Shown piece by piece: positions 22,064 to 36,100 of a stretch of DNA of 64,000 bases. Position 1 is the stretch's first letter. Every line of letters begins with the position of its first letter. Origin of the DNA: Massalongia carnosa (lineage: Eukaryota); the NCBI GenBank assembly GCA_965645245.1, contig OZ287075.1, positions 2,356,001 through 2,420,000 on the forward strand, in the 5' to 3' direction. The notes under the pieces were generated by a model, which was not told the DNA's origin, did not search any database, and was given only the letters and a program-made list of their open reading frames with translations. The translations under genes and the position numbers were made by a program.

Positions 22064-24187
22064 TTCGTGGGCTTCGCAAATTTCTATAGACGCTTCGTCA
22101 AGGGTTTCTCAGCCATTGCCTCGCCCCTGATCAAACTGACAAAAAAGGGGACCGTGTTCTCTTGGAACTCCGAGTGTGAGGCCGCGTTTCAAAGGCTAAA
22201 AAACGCTTTTGTTAGCGATCTCATTCTGATGCATTTCGATCCTGAAAAGAAAATCGGGGTAGAAGTTGACGCTTCCGACTGGGTAGTGGGGGGTGTACTC
22301 TCACAGTACGATGACGAGGGAGTTCTACGCCCTGTAGCCTTCTTCCCGAAAAAACACGCCCCCGCGGAAATCAATTACGAGATCTATGACAAGGAACTCA
22401 GGGCCATCATTCGAGCTTTCGAGGAATGGAGATCTGAGCTCGAAGGAGCCGCCTTTCCCATTCAAGTCATTTCTGATCATAAGAATCTCGAATACTTCAT
22501 GACAACGAAACAGCTCAGTCGTCGTCAAGCACGCTGGTCCGAGTATCTCTCCCGCTTCGATTTCCAGATCATGTACCGTCCAGGGAAAAGCGGTGGAAAA
22601 TCCGACGCCCTGACTAGAAGGTCTCAAGACCTACCGAAGGGGGAGGATGATCCACGGATAAAAATTCAACATCAAGTGGTCTTGAAACCTCGAAATCTTG
22701 AACTTCTAGCGAACGGATTAGCAGATGAACCTCTCGAAGAAAATGTTGAAGCCGGAAAAATCTGGGTCCATTCAAGATATCTAAGGTGGTAAGCAAATAC
22801 GCGTATCAACTCGAGCTACCCCCCGGCATGAAAATTCATCCTGTGTTCCACGTATCCCTTCTCTCGCCCGTGCCGCAACACCCTCATCCCGATCACATCC
22901 CCCCTCCCGCACCACCTGTTGAAGTCGAAGGCGAAGAAGAATAGGAGGTTGAAGAAATTCTCGACACCAAGAAATTTCGAAACCGCCTAAAGTACCTGGT
23001 GCAATGGACGGGCTGGAACAACCCCACCTGGGAGTATGCTGAGTATGTTACTAACGCCAAGGAAAGGGTAGCAGAATTTCATCAACGATACCCAGCCAAG
23101 CAACGATAAGCTCACACCGTCCTGAAGCTATAAAGCCTGCGTGGAAGCAAGCCTTGAAGGGGGAGCTACTGTCATGGTGTGAGCGCTAGATGCTCTGCTA
23201 AGCGATACCTCCCGACACGCTAAATGTTTTAGGTATCCCGTCAGCCTTAGTAGGGAGCTAACCGCATTCAGGTAAGGAAATGGGTTCCGGGAGTTATACA
23301 TGGAAAATCTCTGCAGCAATTGATGCTTTCTTCCTTGTGATCGTCTTGTCTATCTAGTATAGTCATAGCTAGCAATGCCACTACCTTCACCACCTGAATA
23401 GGCCCCCCCCGTTGCCGCCTCGTCACACCTTCGTCTCGCCGCAGTGCCCGCCAGCGCGCCGCTCCTTCCGCGAAGTTACCTGCCCTCGGCCCGTCACGCA
23501 AGCGAGATGCTGAGGCACAGTCCCCCCCCCGACCGTCCTGTAAAGAGCTACGAGACCAGTAAGCTAATCACGAGCGACACTGATCTCGAAAGGGAAATGC
23601 TCAGCGTGAGAGGTGGAAGATATCTACTACGTGCTGGTCTCCGAGAGTATACGTGATCCAAAGAACTAACGGATGTGGAAGTGCTTAGACCAAGAGATCT
23701 CGTCCGAGACCCAAACGTAGGTTGTTCATAGAATAAAGACTAATTGCTAACGAATACTACAGGATTTGTTCTGGTATTTATCCTACTCACCCCAAGCCTA
23801 TAGCCTTGGGAGCCTTGGAACCTTAGGAGCCTTGCAAACCACATCTGACCTTATTGCCTTACATCCAACCATCTCTCAGAATCTATCCACGAACTCGATG
23901 TTCGCTAGATCATCCAGTCAGCATCGAGCAGCCTTCTAGATCTTCCCTTGCAAGTTAGAACAGTTCTACTTCGGGCTAGATCCCTCGCTACATTGCTAGC
24001 CCGCCTCTAAACATAAAGTCTAGACGCCGAGGCTATGTAGCTTCATTTCGCCGTCACCTCTACTAACGTAGCGGTGGAAGGTTACCTCCGACTGAATCTC
24101 TCTCTACACTGCGGACCTGCCTCTAGACACAAGGTCTAGACTACAAGGCCATGTAGGTTTATTCAGCCGACATCACTACCAGCATAG

Positions 24188-27100
24188 TATCAAGCGGTAT
24201 AGGCTAATGTGGAATATAGGTGAAAAGGAGTGGTGTGTATTGATATATGGGAGGTCTAGGCTAGCTAACTAAGGGATATCTCATAGGGGTTCGTGGGTCA
24301 TGTGACCCATGGCGGGTCATGTGACCCCTAATAGCCTGACACACCCCCCCAGCTTTGACCAAAGCTGCCATGACCAAAAAAACCTATATTAGGTGAAAAT
24401 TTCCATGTTTTACCTTGATTTCTAGTGATTTTGGCCGATTCAATTTGTGGCCGTATTTCCCTTCTTCTGATTGGCCAATTTCTTCTGATTATTGACCAGG
24501 TCTATGGCATTGACTAGCCCTAATAGCTTGACGAAATGTTGATGCTTTTGAGGAGGTAGGATCTTGGTTAAACCATCTGCGACCATCTGATTGGTCGGCA
24601 CATAGTTAACACATAATTCCCCCCTTTGCATAGATTGCCTCAGCCAGCATTGGGCGACGTCTATATGCCTCAATTTAGTGTCAGTTTTTTCCATTTCGGA
24701 GGTTAAAATGCGAATTGTCTGTAGGTTATCGTTATAGATAACTATATCTTGATCCGGGTTAAATTGTAGCTTTTCAAATAGATGTATCCACCATATGAGC
24801 TCTTTACCCGCATGAAGCATAGACAATAACTCGGCCTCAGTGGTTGACGTGGTCACGGTCAGTTGCTTCCTAGCGGCCCAGTCAATCATCCCACCAAATA
24901 GCTTGAATGTATAGCCCTCGGAGCTTTTCCTATCTGGGTTATTTGCATAGGATGCATCAGCCGTTGCCTCAAAAACCTGCTTATTAGCCGGGACCGGTCC
25001 ATGATTTGCCATAGTAGTGATTTCACCGCCCCCTTTGGCCGAGTACTGGATTCCCAGATATTTCGTCCCATATAGGTAACGTAGGCAATGGTCTGCAGCC
25101 CTCATATGACTAGGTCCCGGGTTGGTCAGATATTCCGCTAATTTTGAAGCTGATTTTGCTATATCTGGCCGAGTCATAATAGCTGGGTAGCATATTGATC
25201 CAACTTTCTTCCTATATAGATACATTCTGGCCGGATCCACCCCCCCCTCATATGGCGCCAGTTCTTCATTGAATATGGGCGTTAGAGGTGTTTTAGCCTC
25301 CAACTTTTCATCTATGTCATATTCCTTGGCTAATTTGTTCATATAGGAGTCCTGAATCAAGTGGATCGTCTTTTCTTCTATGTTATGAATGACCCGTACG
25401 CCTAGAAAATAGGTTAATGGGCCCATATCCCGTATTTCGATCATCTTCATGAAACGTTGCACATATTCCTCGACTTCGGCTTCTTTTTCGGGCCGATACG
25501 CCATTACTATGTCGTCCACATAGAAGAATAGTATGATTCCCTCCGTATAGAATAGGCATGGTTCGCCTGGCACCTGTTTTAACCCTAATTCTATGCATTT
25601 GCCTATTAGCATTCGTAGCCATAGAAGGGGTGATTTTCTTTGGCCATATAGCGCTTTTTTCACTTTTAGCACCTTCTTTCTAAACTTAAAACTATCAGGC
25701 AAAAAGCAGTAAATTGGCTCATCATTGTGAGCGTTTAGAAAGGCGTTAATAGCGTCCAACTGCCTCGTTTTCAGCCCGAATGCAGCAACTAACGCCATTA
25801 ATGCCCTAAACACCTTGAAGGCTAGTGTAGCTGCATAAACATCTTGAGCATTATCTTGCTGTAGGTCACCTCTAACCACTAGACGTGCTTTGAACTTTGC
25901 CAAATAGCCGTTCGAATCAGTCTTATAGGTGAAAACCTATTTGAGGGGCAATATTGGCTGTATAGCCTCATCTTGATCAACTATTTCCCATGTTTCTTTG
26001 TGGAAAAGTGCCTCCCATTCAACGTTAGCTGCTTTCATGAATTCATCTGCATAGGGATGCCTTAGCAGAGCTCGCCAATGAGATGGGGGGTCGGGCAAAT
26101 CATCAGTTCGGAGCTGATTAGTCATTCTCGCCGTCCCCGCCATAAACGCTGTATGAAATTGAGGGAATTTCGACATTTCTTCTGCTGACCAAGCTCCATT
26201 TGCAGCGTATCTAGGGTTTGGTTTCCTAGTACGTTTTCCCTCTATAACGTTTGCCTCATTTATCCCATCGTTCCTTTTTCCTAATGATTGCTCTATTTCC
26301 GTCACATTGAGGGGCGTTCGGCCCGTTTGCGGGAGTTGTGGAGGGTCAATTGTTGATGCTCTCACCTTTTTGGCCCTTCTTTTATCTATGGAGACATTAG
26401 GGCTGATATCTGGTTCAGGTGTTACTATCGGCGTTTCCAGTTGCATGGGCGTTGATGAGGGAGTTATTTTCTCCTGTATTTCGTCCTGACTAGGTGAGTT
26501 ATCTTCTATGGTCAATTGCTCTATACGCTTATTGACTGATAAGTCTAGCCATTCTTCTTCCTCACTATCTATCTCCTGAAATGCGGGGCGTGGTTCAACT
26601 ACATGAAACTCTATAAAGCTCGCTTTTTCAGTCTCCTTTAGCAATAGCTCCTTATTAGACGTATAGGCGCTATAAAGCTCATCTTCGTTGAATATGACGT
26701 CTCTATAACCGCTGACATCTCCCTTTTCTGGATTCCATATCCTGAAGATATTGGTTGAATCATAGCCAACCAAATAGCCAACAAATGCCCTAGGTTTCAA
26801 CTTATTGCTTTTGGGAGGAGCATCGGCCCCTTTTAGCAATGGATACGCTTTGCAACCAAAGACTTTTAGATGAGCCAGCTCGTATCTGACTGATTGACCC
26901 GGATTGGTCAGTTTCTGCAATTTGACCAATGGGGAGTCCCATTCCAGAGCTTTATTAGGGGTTCGATTCATCAGATGGGCTGCAGCTAAATAGCACTCCG
27001 GATACAGGTCTTCTGGCATTTTTGCATATTCCCTGATGCATCGAGCTTTTTCAGTTAATAGGGCTCCGAAACGCTCCGAAACACCATTTTGCTCAGGGGT

Positions 27101-29495
27101 ATTCTTTGCTGACCATGACCATTCTATGCCTTGCTGACTGATCTATGCTTCTAGGGCTTTTCCTATTGATGTTTCTTGCCCCGTGCGAATCGTGGTTACC
27201 ATTGAATTAATGGAAATGCCAGCTCTATCGCATTGATTGATCAAGCTTTTGAAGATGGGCAATATGGTCTTTTCCTTATGATCATTCAATGGATAAACCC
27301 ATACATATGAGGTAAATTCGTCCGTAAAATGAGCTATACGGCTCGTTCCATCGAACCCCTTATCATTGATGGTTAGGTCAAAATGAAGCACCTGATATGG
27401 CTTGATGGCACGCCCTGACGGAGCTTTATTGATGACTCTATGCATTTTGGAGACTGCACACGTTTCGCATTGAATGGTCCTAGGTGCGTTTTCACCCCCT
27501 ACGCCTTTTGAAATTGTCACCTCATCGATCTTCTTTAGCTGGTCAATCACCTCTGGCCGGCAATGACCGAGCCGAAGATGCCATTTCCATGGAGTTGCTT
27601 TTGACGTATCGAGTGGCTGCACTGAGTTAGCAAACCCTATATCTATGGATTCAGGGTTATATTCTATGATTGAGAGCCCATAGTGCTCCTTTATTTCACA
27701 TATTTGTTGCCCTGTCTCCTTAACTATAAGGGTATCAGTGAACATATCCCAGAAAAAGCCTCGTTTTTTCAACTTATTGGCCGAAACCAACGTCACTGAT
27801 GAATCAGGAATATAAGCTGTTCCTTCGAATAATAGCTCCCTTTTCTGGCCATTCAATAGGCCATTTACCCTCATTGTGCCATGACCATAGATTTTCATCT
27901 CCCCGTCGGGGGTGTCCACCCACATGTCTGACGAAGTTGGGGTTATTTCTCCTATGAACCGTGATTTATCATAGGTCAGAGGGTTATCGCATCCAGAGTC
28001 AAATATGACGCTTTTATGCAAGGGGTTATTTGCACTAGATATAACGTTCGCAAATGAGAAGGATTGACCAGGCAATTCAATGTGATTGCCCTGATTATGT
28101 TGATCATTCTCTGCTTTTTGGGAGCTCTTTTTGACTGACTCCTCAGTTATTCCGTCTAGTATATTAGTGTCGGTGACCTTCTTAATGGCCATGAAAAACC
28201 GAATGTTTGACTGAATTTTCTGACGCATTTCATTGCGTACGGTTTTATCTTCCTTCCATGCAGGGGGGCGAGCTGATTTGACGATATATGGGCATAGCCT
28301 GAACAGGTGTATTTTCCCACATACGCACTTTCTATCCTTGAATCTGGCCTCTTTTGATTGGCCATTCCATTGACTTGATTGGCTAGGCCCCGGACCTTTA
28401 TTTTCGTCTTGCATTTGCCCCTGCAGCGAGGCTGCATTAGCTTGATTTCTAGACGTTGATTGTGCCTCATTCAGGAATGATTCCACGGCTAAACGATATT
28501 CCCTGGTTGTCTCGTAAAATTCAACCGTCGTCTTAGCAGCCCTATGCTGCATTACCCAGTTTTGACAGAAATTGGGCGCCCATTTCTTCCCTGATTGGAG
28601 AAATTCATTGATGAATATGGTCTCGGAGCCTAATAGGCCCGTTACATTGAGCTCAACAATTTGTCCCTTAATATTCTCCCAATCAGCTACCCATGCCTCT
28701 ATTTTACCTTTAATGGGCGGGGTTTTTAGGGCTAGAAATTGCTCATGCAATTGCTCTATGACTTGGTCATCTGACCGCTTATATCTTGCAGCCAGAATTT
28801 TCACTATTTCCCTAACCGATGAAGCCATCTTATTGGGGGGGATGTATGCTCGTGCGGAGCTCTTTAGTGCATTGTCCACTATTCTGAGTCCTTGGGCGAC
28901 CTTCTCCACCTGTTTGTCCTTCATCTTATAGGCTGATATCTCCATTTTATAGTCCTCCTTTTGCTCAGCCGATAAATCGCCGTATTTCTCAGCCGATTTG
29001 GTGGCTATTACAACTCCACCTTCTATAATGGGGTAAGCAATTCCACCTGCTGGCTGTGCTTGAATAGGGACTTGATATTGTGAAACTTCCGGATATTCTC
29101 CCTCTTCGGGCTCCGGTTTTGAACCATTGGGGTCCACATATTGCCATACCTTCGCTTTCTCGGATATTCCTTGTAATTCCCTAATCCATAAATGATATTT
29201 CTTGGGAGTTAGGGCGATCATCGTTGTTTTGTTGGTCTCCTCCATTTTGATCGTTTTGTTGGATCGTTTTGGGAAGAGGGTTTTATTCAACTAGATCAAT
29301 GAGTGGGAATTTGAAGCTTCTATGCTCACCGGGCTCATAACTATCAAGCGGTATGGGCTAATGTGGAATATAGGTGAAAAGGAGTGGTGTGTATTGATAT
29401 ATGGGAGGTCTAGGCTAGCTAACTAAGGGATATCTCATAGGGGTTCGTGGGTCATGTGACCCATGGCGGGTCATGTGACCCCTAATCGCCTGACA
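24188..29495 (-). mobile_element. Full-length Ty1/Copia retrotransposon; 154-bp LTRs 29342-29495 and 24188-24341
   Basis: TSD CATAG; LTRs differ at 2 sites; PBS GTTATGAGCCC (tRNA-iMet half type); G-rich PPT. Confidence 0.97.
24440..29245 (-). pseudogene. Copia gag-pol polyprotein with two in-frame TAG stops (27143, 25937)
   Basis: FDSG protease, WHLRLGH..CETC, QNGVSER, KARLV, YVDD, ADASYA, KLRHIDV; integrase precedes RT. Confidence 0.94.
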
Positions 29496-31118
29496 CATAG
29501 CAATAAAGGTTGAAGCTGAAGTTTACACTGGGGAGGCCGAGCTCAAGCTGCGTCCAGCTAGCCGTGCCTCCTGCTACAACTCTTGATCCATCAAGAGATC
29601 GAGTAGCTCCGAGTAGGCCAGTAGATTCCATGTAGAGTTCACGGCTAGTGTCCACAGGAGTTCGCCTTACACTCCATGGCAATCTACCACGCGGCCTCGA
29701 CAGGTGTTTGATCTTTAAGCAGTCTAGAACGTAGTAACAACTAATCCAAAGTTGTGTGGCAAGGTGGCGTTGTGGTAAGATAGTGTTGTATCAAGGTGGC
29801 GATGTGCCAACCTCGACGGCTATGCGACTTCATACTACGGCTTGGCTCATGCTAGTTAATCCCGCCACCGCCCTAGGCGATCGTGTATCCCTCTAGCGCC
29901 ATCCGTATTACAGTTGCCTCCCCTCTAGGACGCGAGCTCCGCTGAGCGTGTAGTGGATAGTAACGACACGTTAGGTGGGTGGTATGATGTGTATGGCAGG
30001 CGGTGAAAAACCTCCTTCCTTGTATGATAGCAAGGAGGAAAACTGGCCTCCGAAGTCAATGAAAAACCTCCTAACCCAGTGGGAACTGATGAGGAAAACC
30101 GACTTGTCGAGATCGATGAAATACTCTAAAACCCTGATAAGACAACGGGAGAACATAGGGAAAACAGACTTCTCAAGATCGATGAAAAACCTATAAACCC
30201 TGATAATATAACGGGAAAACGAAGGGAAAACAATTCCTAGACTCCATAGTAGGTGGCAGGAGAGAAACCCCGAGGATTCTACTTCTTCGCCTTGTTGCTC
30301 CGAGTGCTGGTAGCTGGTCGGCCGCGTTTCCGCTTGCTTTTATGCTTGACGGTCGGCTTAGCCATTGGCGGTGCGGTGTCGATAGGAGGAGAGGTTGCTG
30401 TCGGCTTGGTGGGGTTACCATCATGGTAGGCTTTGACGATCTTCCGAAGGTGTTTGATCGCTGCCGCCGGTTCCCACGTACTTACTTTCATCCTCTGGAT
30501 AGCCCTTCCAGGAGACCAGATAGTAGAGGCATGGTAGGTGGCCAGCTTCTGACTCCTTGGCGTAGACCGCGCTATCCAAAGTGCCTTCAACCTCGTACTC
30601 CTCATCGTTACCAGCTTCGAATTCCAGCTGCTCCGCGATCTTCTCGTCCACCCGCCCCTTCCTTGTGGTATCCTGCTCCTGCAGTGATACATGAAAGACA
30701 TCATGGATGCGCCACCGTTTTGGAATCTCCAGCTTGTAGGCTTGCTTCCCCACGGGTTGCAAGACACGGAACGGCCCAAAGACCATAGCCTCTAGCTTGC
30801 GATTACGTTTGGTTTTAATATACTTGCTGATTAACCAAACTTTATGGCCAGGTGCATAGCTCCGTGGCTTGGTTACTTGGTTGTGGGCCTTTGTCTGCCA
30901 TTCTTGTACGTGCTGAAGGGTTTCCTTGCAGATAGCCATCAAGTCCTTTAGTTCTGCACCTAGTTCTTCTGTTGACTTGGACCTGGAGCGGGGGTCGATG
31001 TCTTCCTCATATGAGACACGGGGGTGGTAAACATAGTTCAGCTCGAACGGCGTATGCCCAGTGCTCGCGTTTTTCGCATTGTTGTACGCAAACTCAGCTA
31101 TCGGAAGCAGGCGCGCCC

Positions 31119-33113
31119 TAAGAAAAAATATAAGTATGATTAAGGTAAAAAAATGAGACGAGTAAGGATAAGAGATAGAACAAAAAGGAAAAAGAGGGTA
31201 ATAATAAGAATGCGGGAAGGATGACAAAAACGATAAAGAAGAAGATAAGCAAAATATGGGGATAAGAGCAAGGTTTCGAATTAAAAAGAATAGATGAGTA
31301 AGGATAAGGGTAAAAAAAAGGGCAAGAATGAGCGGGAGAAAGATGATTTGGATAGGTTTGAGAATTAGGAAGAGGAAGAGGGAGAAGTTAAGGACGAGGA
31401 TAAGAGTAAGGGTAAGAATTTTTGTAAGGGTAAGGATTAATATGAATATAAGGGTAAGGATAAGGATAAGAGAGTTTTTTAGGTTGTGAATAAGGGAGAG
31501 AATTTAGAAGAGAGAAAGGAGAAGGATAAATATTATGAATGGGGAGAGATAGATAGATAGATAGATATACTCTTACGCCGATATGTCACCGGCCGAAGGC
31601 CGGCCCATGCGGGATGGACTACTATGCTACAGGAAAACCTTTAAGAGGAATAAAAACCCATTGCCAACGCTGCGCGTACGAGGTCCCAACGACCTCCAGC
31701 TGTGCTGCTCGTGTGCTTTTTCGATGAGTCCCATGAATGAAAAGAAAATTATTGCTTGTATAGCAAGCTTGCCGATAAAAAAATTGCGCCAAAACGCCAG
31801 CTTCGATAATCCATCTCGTTACCTGTTTCAATGTTTTGGATGTTTCGAGTATCGTACGATACTCGTTGGTATTTATACGCAGAAACAGCTCTAGTCTTCC
31901 CGTCATTAATGGGCAGTGCATGATTACGTGTTTGGCCGTTTGCTGGGGCCAACCACAGCTGCAGGCCGCCGTCGTCACGTTGGGAACTCGTCGTTTAAAT
32001 AGAAAACTTGCCAGACCTATTTTTTCCGTGCGAATTTGGGTAGCTAACGCGCTTTCCGCTTTTACCAGATTATCGTGTATTTTGATTCTTCCTTTGGTTA
32101 AGGAAGCGCGCTGTGCTTCGGTGGGAAAGGGTACGCGATCTTGATATGCTTTCCAGGTTGTCTGCCATTTCGTTTTGTAATGCGCTTTTGTGGCTTTCGT
32201 GTGAGCGCTGTGACTCATCCTTACTGCATTGGCTGTGAGCATGTGTTGCTCCGTAGGCGTGATCCAGGGTGGGTGCGGCGTTGGGGCTGCGGTGGGTATG
32301 GCGCTGATTACTGTGTTTTTGGCCCATTCGTGCTTGAGCATTCCTGGGGTCGGTTTCGGCGATCTTTTCTTGCCCGCTTTTCCGCGCAACTTGCGTTCTA
32401 TCTCCTTGCAGAAAGACGAGATGAGTCTCGTTTGCCCGGCGGTTCGTTGGCGATATCTCGCTTTGACTTGTAACTCTTCCAAATGCGATTCTATAGACGT
32501 CACGTGCGTTTCGGTTTCCAATACTGGAATCGGGGTGGCCCCGAATGCACCCGTTATTGTTCGCAAGCACTTGTTTTGCATGACCTCCAGCTTGCTCGTC
32601 GCGGCTTTGCTTTTCCCTATTTCTTTCGGTGTGTGCCATACGGTGGATGCGTAGGTCATTGCCGGACGAACGACCGCAATATAAACCTGTCTGGCCTTCG
32701 AAAACGAGGCTCCCCATGTGGACGCGTAGATCCTGCTCAGTGCACCCTATTGTTTCGTGATTTTTTCTTGAGTTTTCCGTATATGGGCTCCCCATCTCAG
32801 TTTGGTGTCGATTTGTAGACCCAGCACCCTGATATCCGGTTTGGGTTCGATCGTTTTTGTGCTTATCCTGATGGTGGCCGTCATGTCGAATTTTTTCGGA
32901 TTTCTGGACAGATGAATAAACTCGTATTTGCTCGGGGATGAATGGGGAGAGGATGTGGGTTAGGAAAAGAATAAGGATAAGAGAAAGGATGAGAGGAAGG
33001 ATTAGAGGAAGGGTTAGAGTAAGAGTGAGAGTGAAAAGAAGAGTGAGGATAAGGATAAGGATAAGAGTTAGAGAAAAGAAGAGGGTTAGGGGTAGTTTTT
33101 AGAGTAAGGAAAA
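31119..33113. repeat. Purine-rich (TAAGGA/TAAGGG/TAAGAG-like) low-complexity repeat, split by the LINE; second copy at 49121-49372
   Basis: Strong A/G strand bias; ~31220-31450 aligns with 49121-49350. Confidence 0.8.
31549..32937 (-). mobile_element. 5'-truncated LINE (Tad1/I-like): RT C-terminus, Cys/His domain, 3' UTR, (TATC)n tail
   Basis: 14-bp TSD ATGAATGGGGAGAG (31535-31548, 32938-32951); LGLQIDTKLRW, MTYASTVW, ITGAF, CSCG..QTAKHVIMHCP. Confidence 0.93.
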
Positions 33114-36100
33114 TGATGTCGGAATCCGGGGTGAAGGTTAGAACACAAGTGGAGGATTATTTCGGCGCAATCAATCGGCAAGGACTTCAACCGTCATTCT
33201 CATTCAGTCGTTAACCATTGTAAGCATTGTTGGTTGCGTTGTGATGATTCAAAGAGGAGATGTCATGTCTGCTGGAGCACAGTACCGCGCTAACCGAATT
33301 CGGGTTTTTTCCTGTATTTCTCATGTTAATCCAAATCCTAACTACGAGAAGTGATCGATCATGCGATGATGTGAATAATGTGATCATGCGATGAGTAACT
33401 TAGACCTGTCATTGATTTTACATTCTTAGCTGCCGTTCTGGTGGATTTTATTGATGTTTTCTCGTGTCACCTACCGCGCTAACCGAAATAGGGTTTTTTC
33501 CTAAATTCCTCATCTCTAGGACTTCGACTGCTTAGCGTCACTCTTCCCCGATCATGCCTTCTACGGAGACATTGAAAAAATTATGTGGTAGGCCTCGAAA
33601 GTACTCTACTGCTGATGAAGCTGCAGCGGCCAAGAGACGGCAGAATCGAGGCTATTACCACAATCCATCGCGCCCAGTTGGTCTTGCAGGTCCCGCCGAC
33701 TTTGTTGCCTACGAGCCTCTACCTACATCCGATATTCCTAGCTACACCCTGCGTGCCATTGGTCTGCGAACCAGCCCAGACATACCAATCCCCCCGGATC
33801 GCGATATAGTAGAAGACTGTGAGGAAGAGCTTGAACCCGAAGCATACCTAACCCAGCATAACCCCCTCGAACTGCAACTCCAAATACCCTACACGAGGAG
33901 CCCGAAATCATTCGACAAGTTGAGAAAATATGCACAGAGGAGGTGACAAATATTGAAGACGCAGACTATGATGTGGAGGTCACGGCACGCTTGGAGGAGT
34001 CGGCAGCCCATCTCGAGGCAGCAGAAGTGCTCCAGGCACTACGAATTGGGCAACAAGAGAGGTAGGAGAGCAGCAAGACCGGGTCACTGTATTCTGACTA
34101 CGCCGCCCAGCAGTTTAGTGATGTCGAATCATCAGCACCTAGACACAACAGCACACCAATTCATAGTCCACCGAATACAGATATACAACAGGGCAGTTCA
34201 CCGCATACTGCAGATACACAACGCAGTCACAGCAGGACTTCCAAGGCTCAGTCAAGTAGCACCAGTCAGTAGTAGACGTGGGACTTCGTTCCCAACGCAG
34301 AGAAACACGCTATTATCATGGATGAAGCCTTTGACAAGTGTCGATTCTAACCCTACTTCGCCCACTTCACGCCCATCTCCAAGCATTGCTATATCTACAC
34401 CTACGCCCTCGGATCTTCATCAACCTGCTGGATCCGTCGAAGCACCACCACCCGTGCCTTCAAGAGAACCCCCCCTAGGCCAAAGTCCACAACCAGCAGT
34501 ACAGCAGGCACCGCGTAGCGCGCAGAGTGCCCACATCGCAAATCCGAGCCCTGGTAAACTAGAGAGCACATCCTCTAAGCTGGCCAAGTAGCTACGTAAA
34601 TTCCGGTGCTGCACTCATGAGCAGCATACCGAAGCCGATCGTCAGCATGAAGAACACCACCGACGCCGAGGTGTGCACTCAGAGTGCTCATCCATACCTG
34701 ATATTACTTCCATTGTTAAAGGATTACACAATGGGGGCACTCCGCTTCCCGATGTCCTCAAAAGTCCCCGACTGATGAGAGCAACCGATATCCAGGGTGT
34801 CGGCTACAAGGCAGCATTCGAAGGCACTGCTAGTGCTCGCCTGGACGAAGCCACTCCCCATAATGATGGACTACCTCCGAGTCTTTGCCTGTCCAAGAAA
34901 CACGTTACAAGTCGGAAGAATCGTCAACCAAGGGTCAGTTTTGACATCGACAGCACCTGTTGTTTCCCCCAGAGTCTCGGGTTTGCCCGTCGCGGGATAG
35001 AGTGGTTCCCCAAGGCCCATCCCGTCCTCAATCTCACGGGCGACATACACTTTGGGTTGAAGGTCCCTGGTTCCACGATCAAGGACAATCCATCCCTAAG
35101 ATATATCCCGCTGCATAAGATATCCCACTACTGCTTTGGGCGCTTGGTTGGCATGAGCGATCTTCTCATGTTTATCTACTTTCCCGCCCTGCACAAAGAA
35201 AGCGATCATGGGCATACCTCGTATCTCAGTAAGCGCAACGAGCAGCTCTGGTTGGATGGCATCCTCCTTCCCTGTATCACCAAGGTTGTTAAGTCTTCCA
35301 ACATACTGCTGAACTATCCGGCTTCTTCTCGCATAGCCGACCTTGCATACACGGCGATATCTGCAGAGAGCCTCAAACGGAAGGAGGCTGCCAACCAGCA
35401 GTTAGTTGCCCATACGATCCAGCCGCGGTACCTCGATGAGCTCTGGACCTTGGTTGGTAGGACCATAGATGAGAATCCTGGGTTTCATCGGTTCCAAGGC
35501 GCAACACTGTTCACGCATTCCAAGAACACCAAGCTGGCAACTAATGACTCTACTGGTTTGGTCGAAACATACAATGGCTGGAAGAGGCAGTGGCTGGATG
35601 CAGCAGATCCGGAATTCTACAACCCAGATCGCACCTTTGTGGACATTGCAAAGCAGATCACCTCACAGGACAGCGCGCTTCCTTATGATCAGAAACCAGA
35701 GAACCACGAAGCCGAGGTGTTCCTGTGGAAGAAGTGCTGCCTAGATGAGTATTGCAGGACGAGGATGGTCCTCAACCCGGATGGAAGCAAGGCTAAAGGG
35801 AACCCGAAGCGTACTGTATACTCCTGGGCTACCATGCAAGATACGATGAGCCAGACGCTGCTTGCTGCACCGCAGGGGGACGAGACCAAGGACGGGCTAA
35901 TATATTCTCAGTTCTATATGCTCGCCAAGACTCTATTCGACTCTTCGAAAGTGTACGTCTTTACTAACGACTCGGTGGAGAACCTAGACCTGGACCCTGG
36001 ATATGTGCGTTCTCTGCAACAGGAGGGCGGAGGTATCACGTTCTCTAGGGGTGTGTGCGAGTTTGCCTATCTCCACAGCAAGAAGCGGGCTCATGCAAAC

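Larger units (their letters stand above)
19828..23110 (+). pseudogene. pol: Element C pol remnant (protease, partial RT, RNase H, integrase C-terminus, chromodomain)
   Basis: [32 protein letters not shown]; stops at ~20956 and 22942; two insertions; deletion near 22755. Confidence 0.9.
18229..23427 (+). mobile_element. Internally deleted Gypsy chromovirus C; LTRs 18229-18483 and 23170-23427
   Basis: Paired LTRs, TSD CCTTC, PPT GAAGGGGGAGCTAC; lacks the RT YLDD segment and the integrase core. Confidence 0.95.
23539..31118 (-). mobile_element. Gypsy H copy 1, 3' part: 3' LTR (23539-29912, split by Copia), PPT, chromodomain and integrase C-terminus; truncated at 31118
   Basis: Closely matches 39254-41927; AEFAYNN, GPF, IHDVFHV, YYLVSWKGY. 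Confidence 0.93.

Noticed and set aside
25937..27145. Programmed stop read-through in the Copia polyprotein
   Set aside because: Both TAGs sit at apparent Trp positions; simple nonsense mutation is sufficient
30421..31227. Hydrophobic N-terminus suggesting a membrane or env-like protein
   Set aside because: Antisense translation of the purine-rich repeat fused to an integrase fragment
31380..31480. True telomeric array
   Set aside because: No run of perfect TTAGGG; only degenerate hexamers
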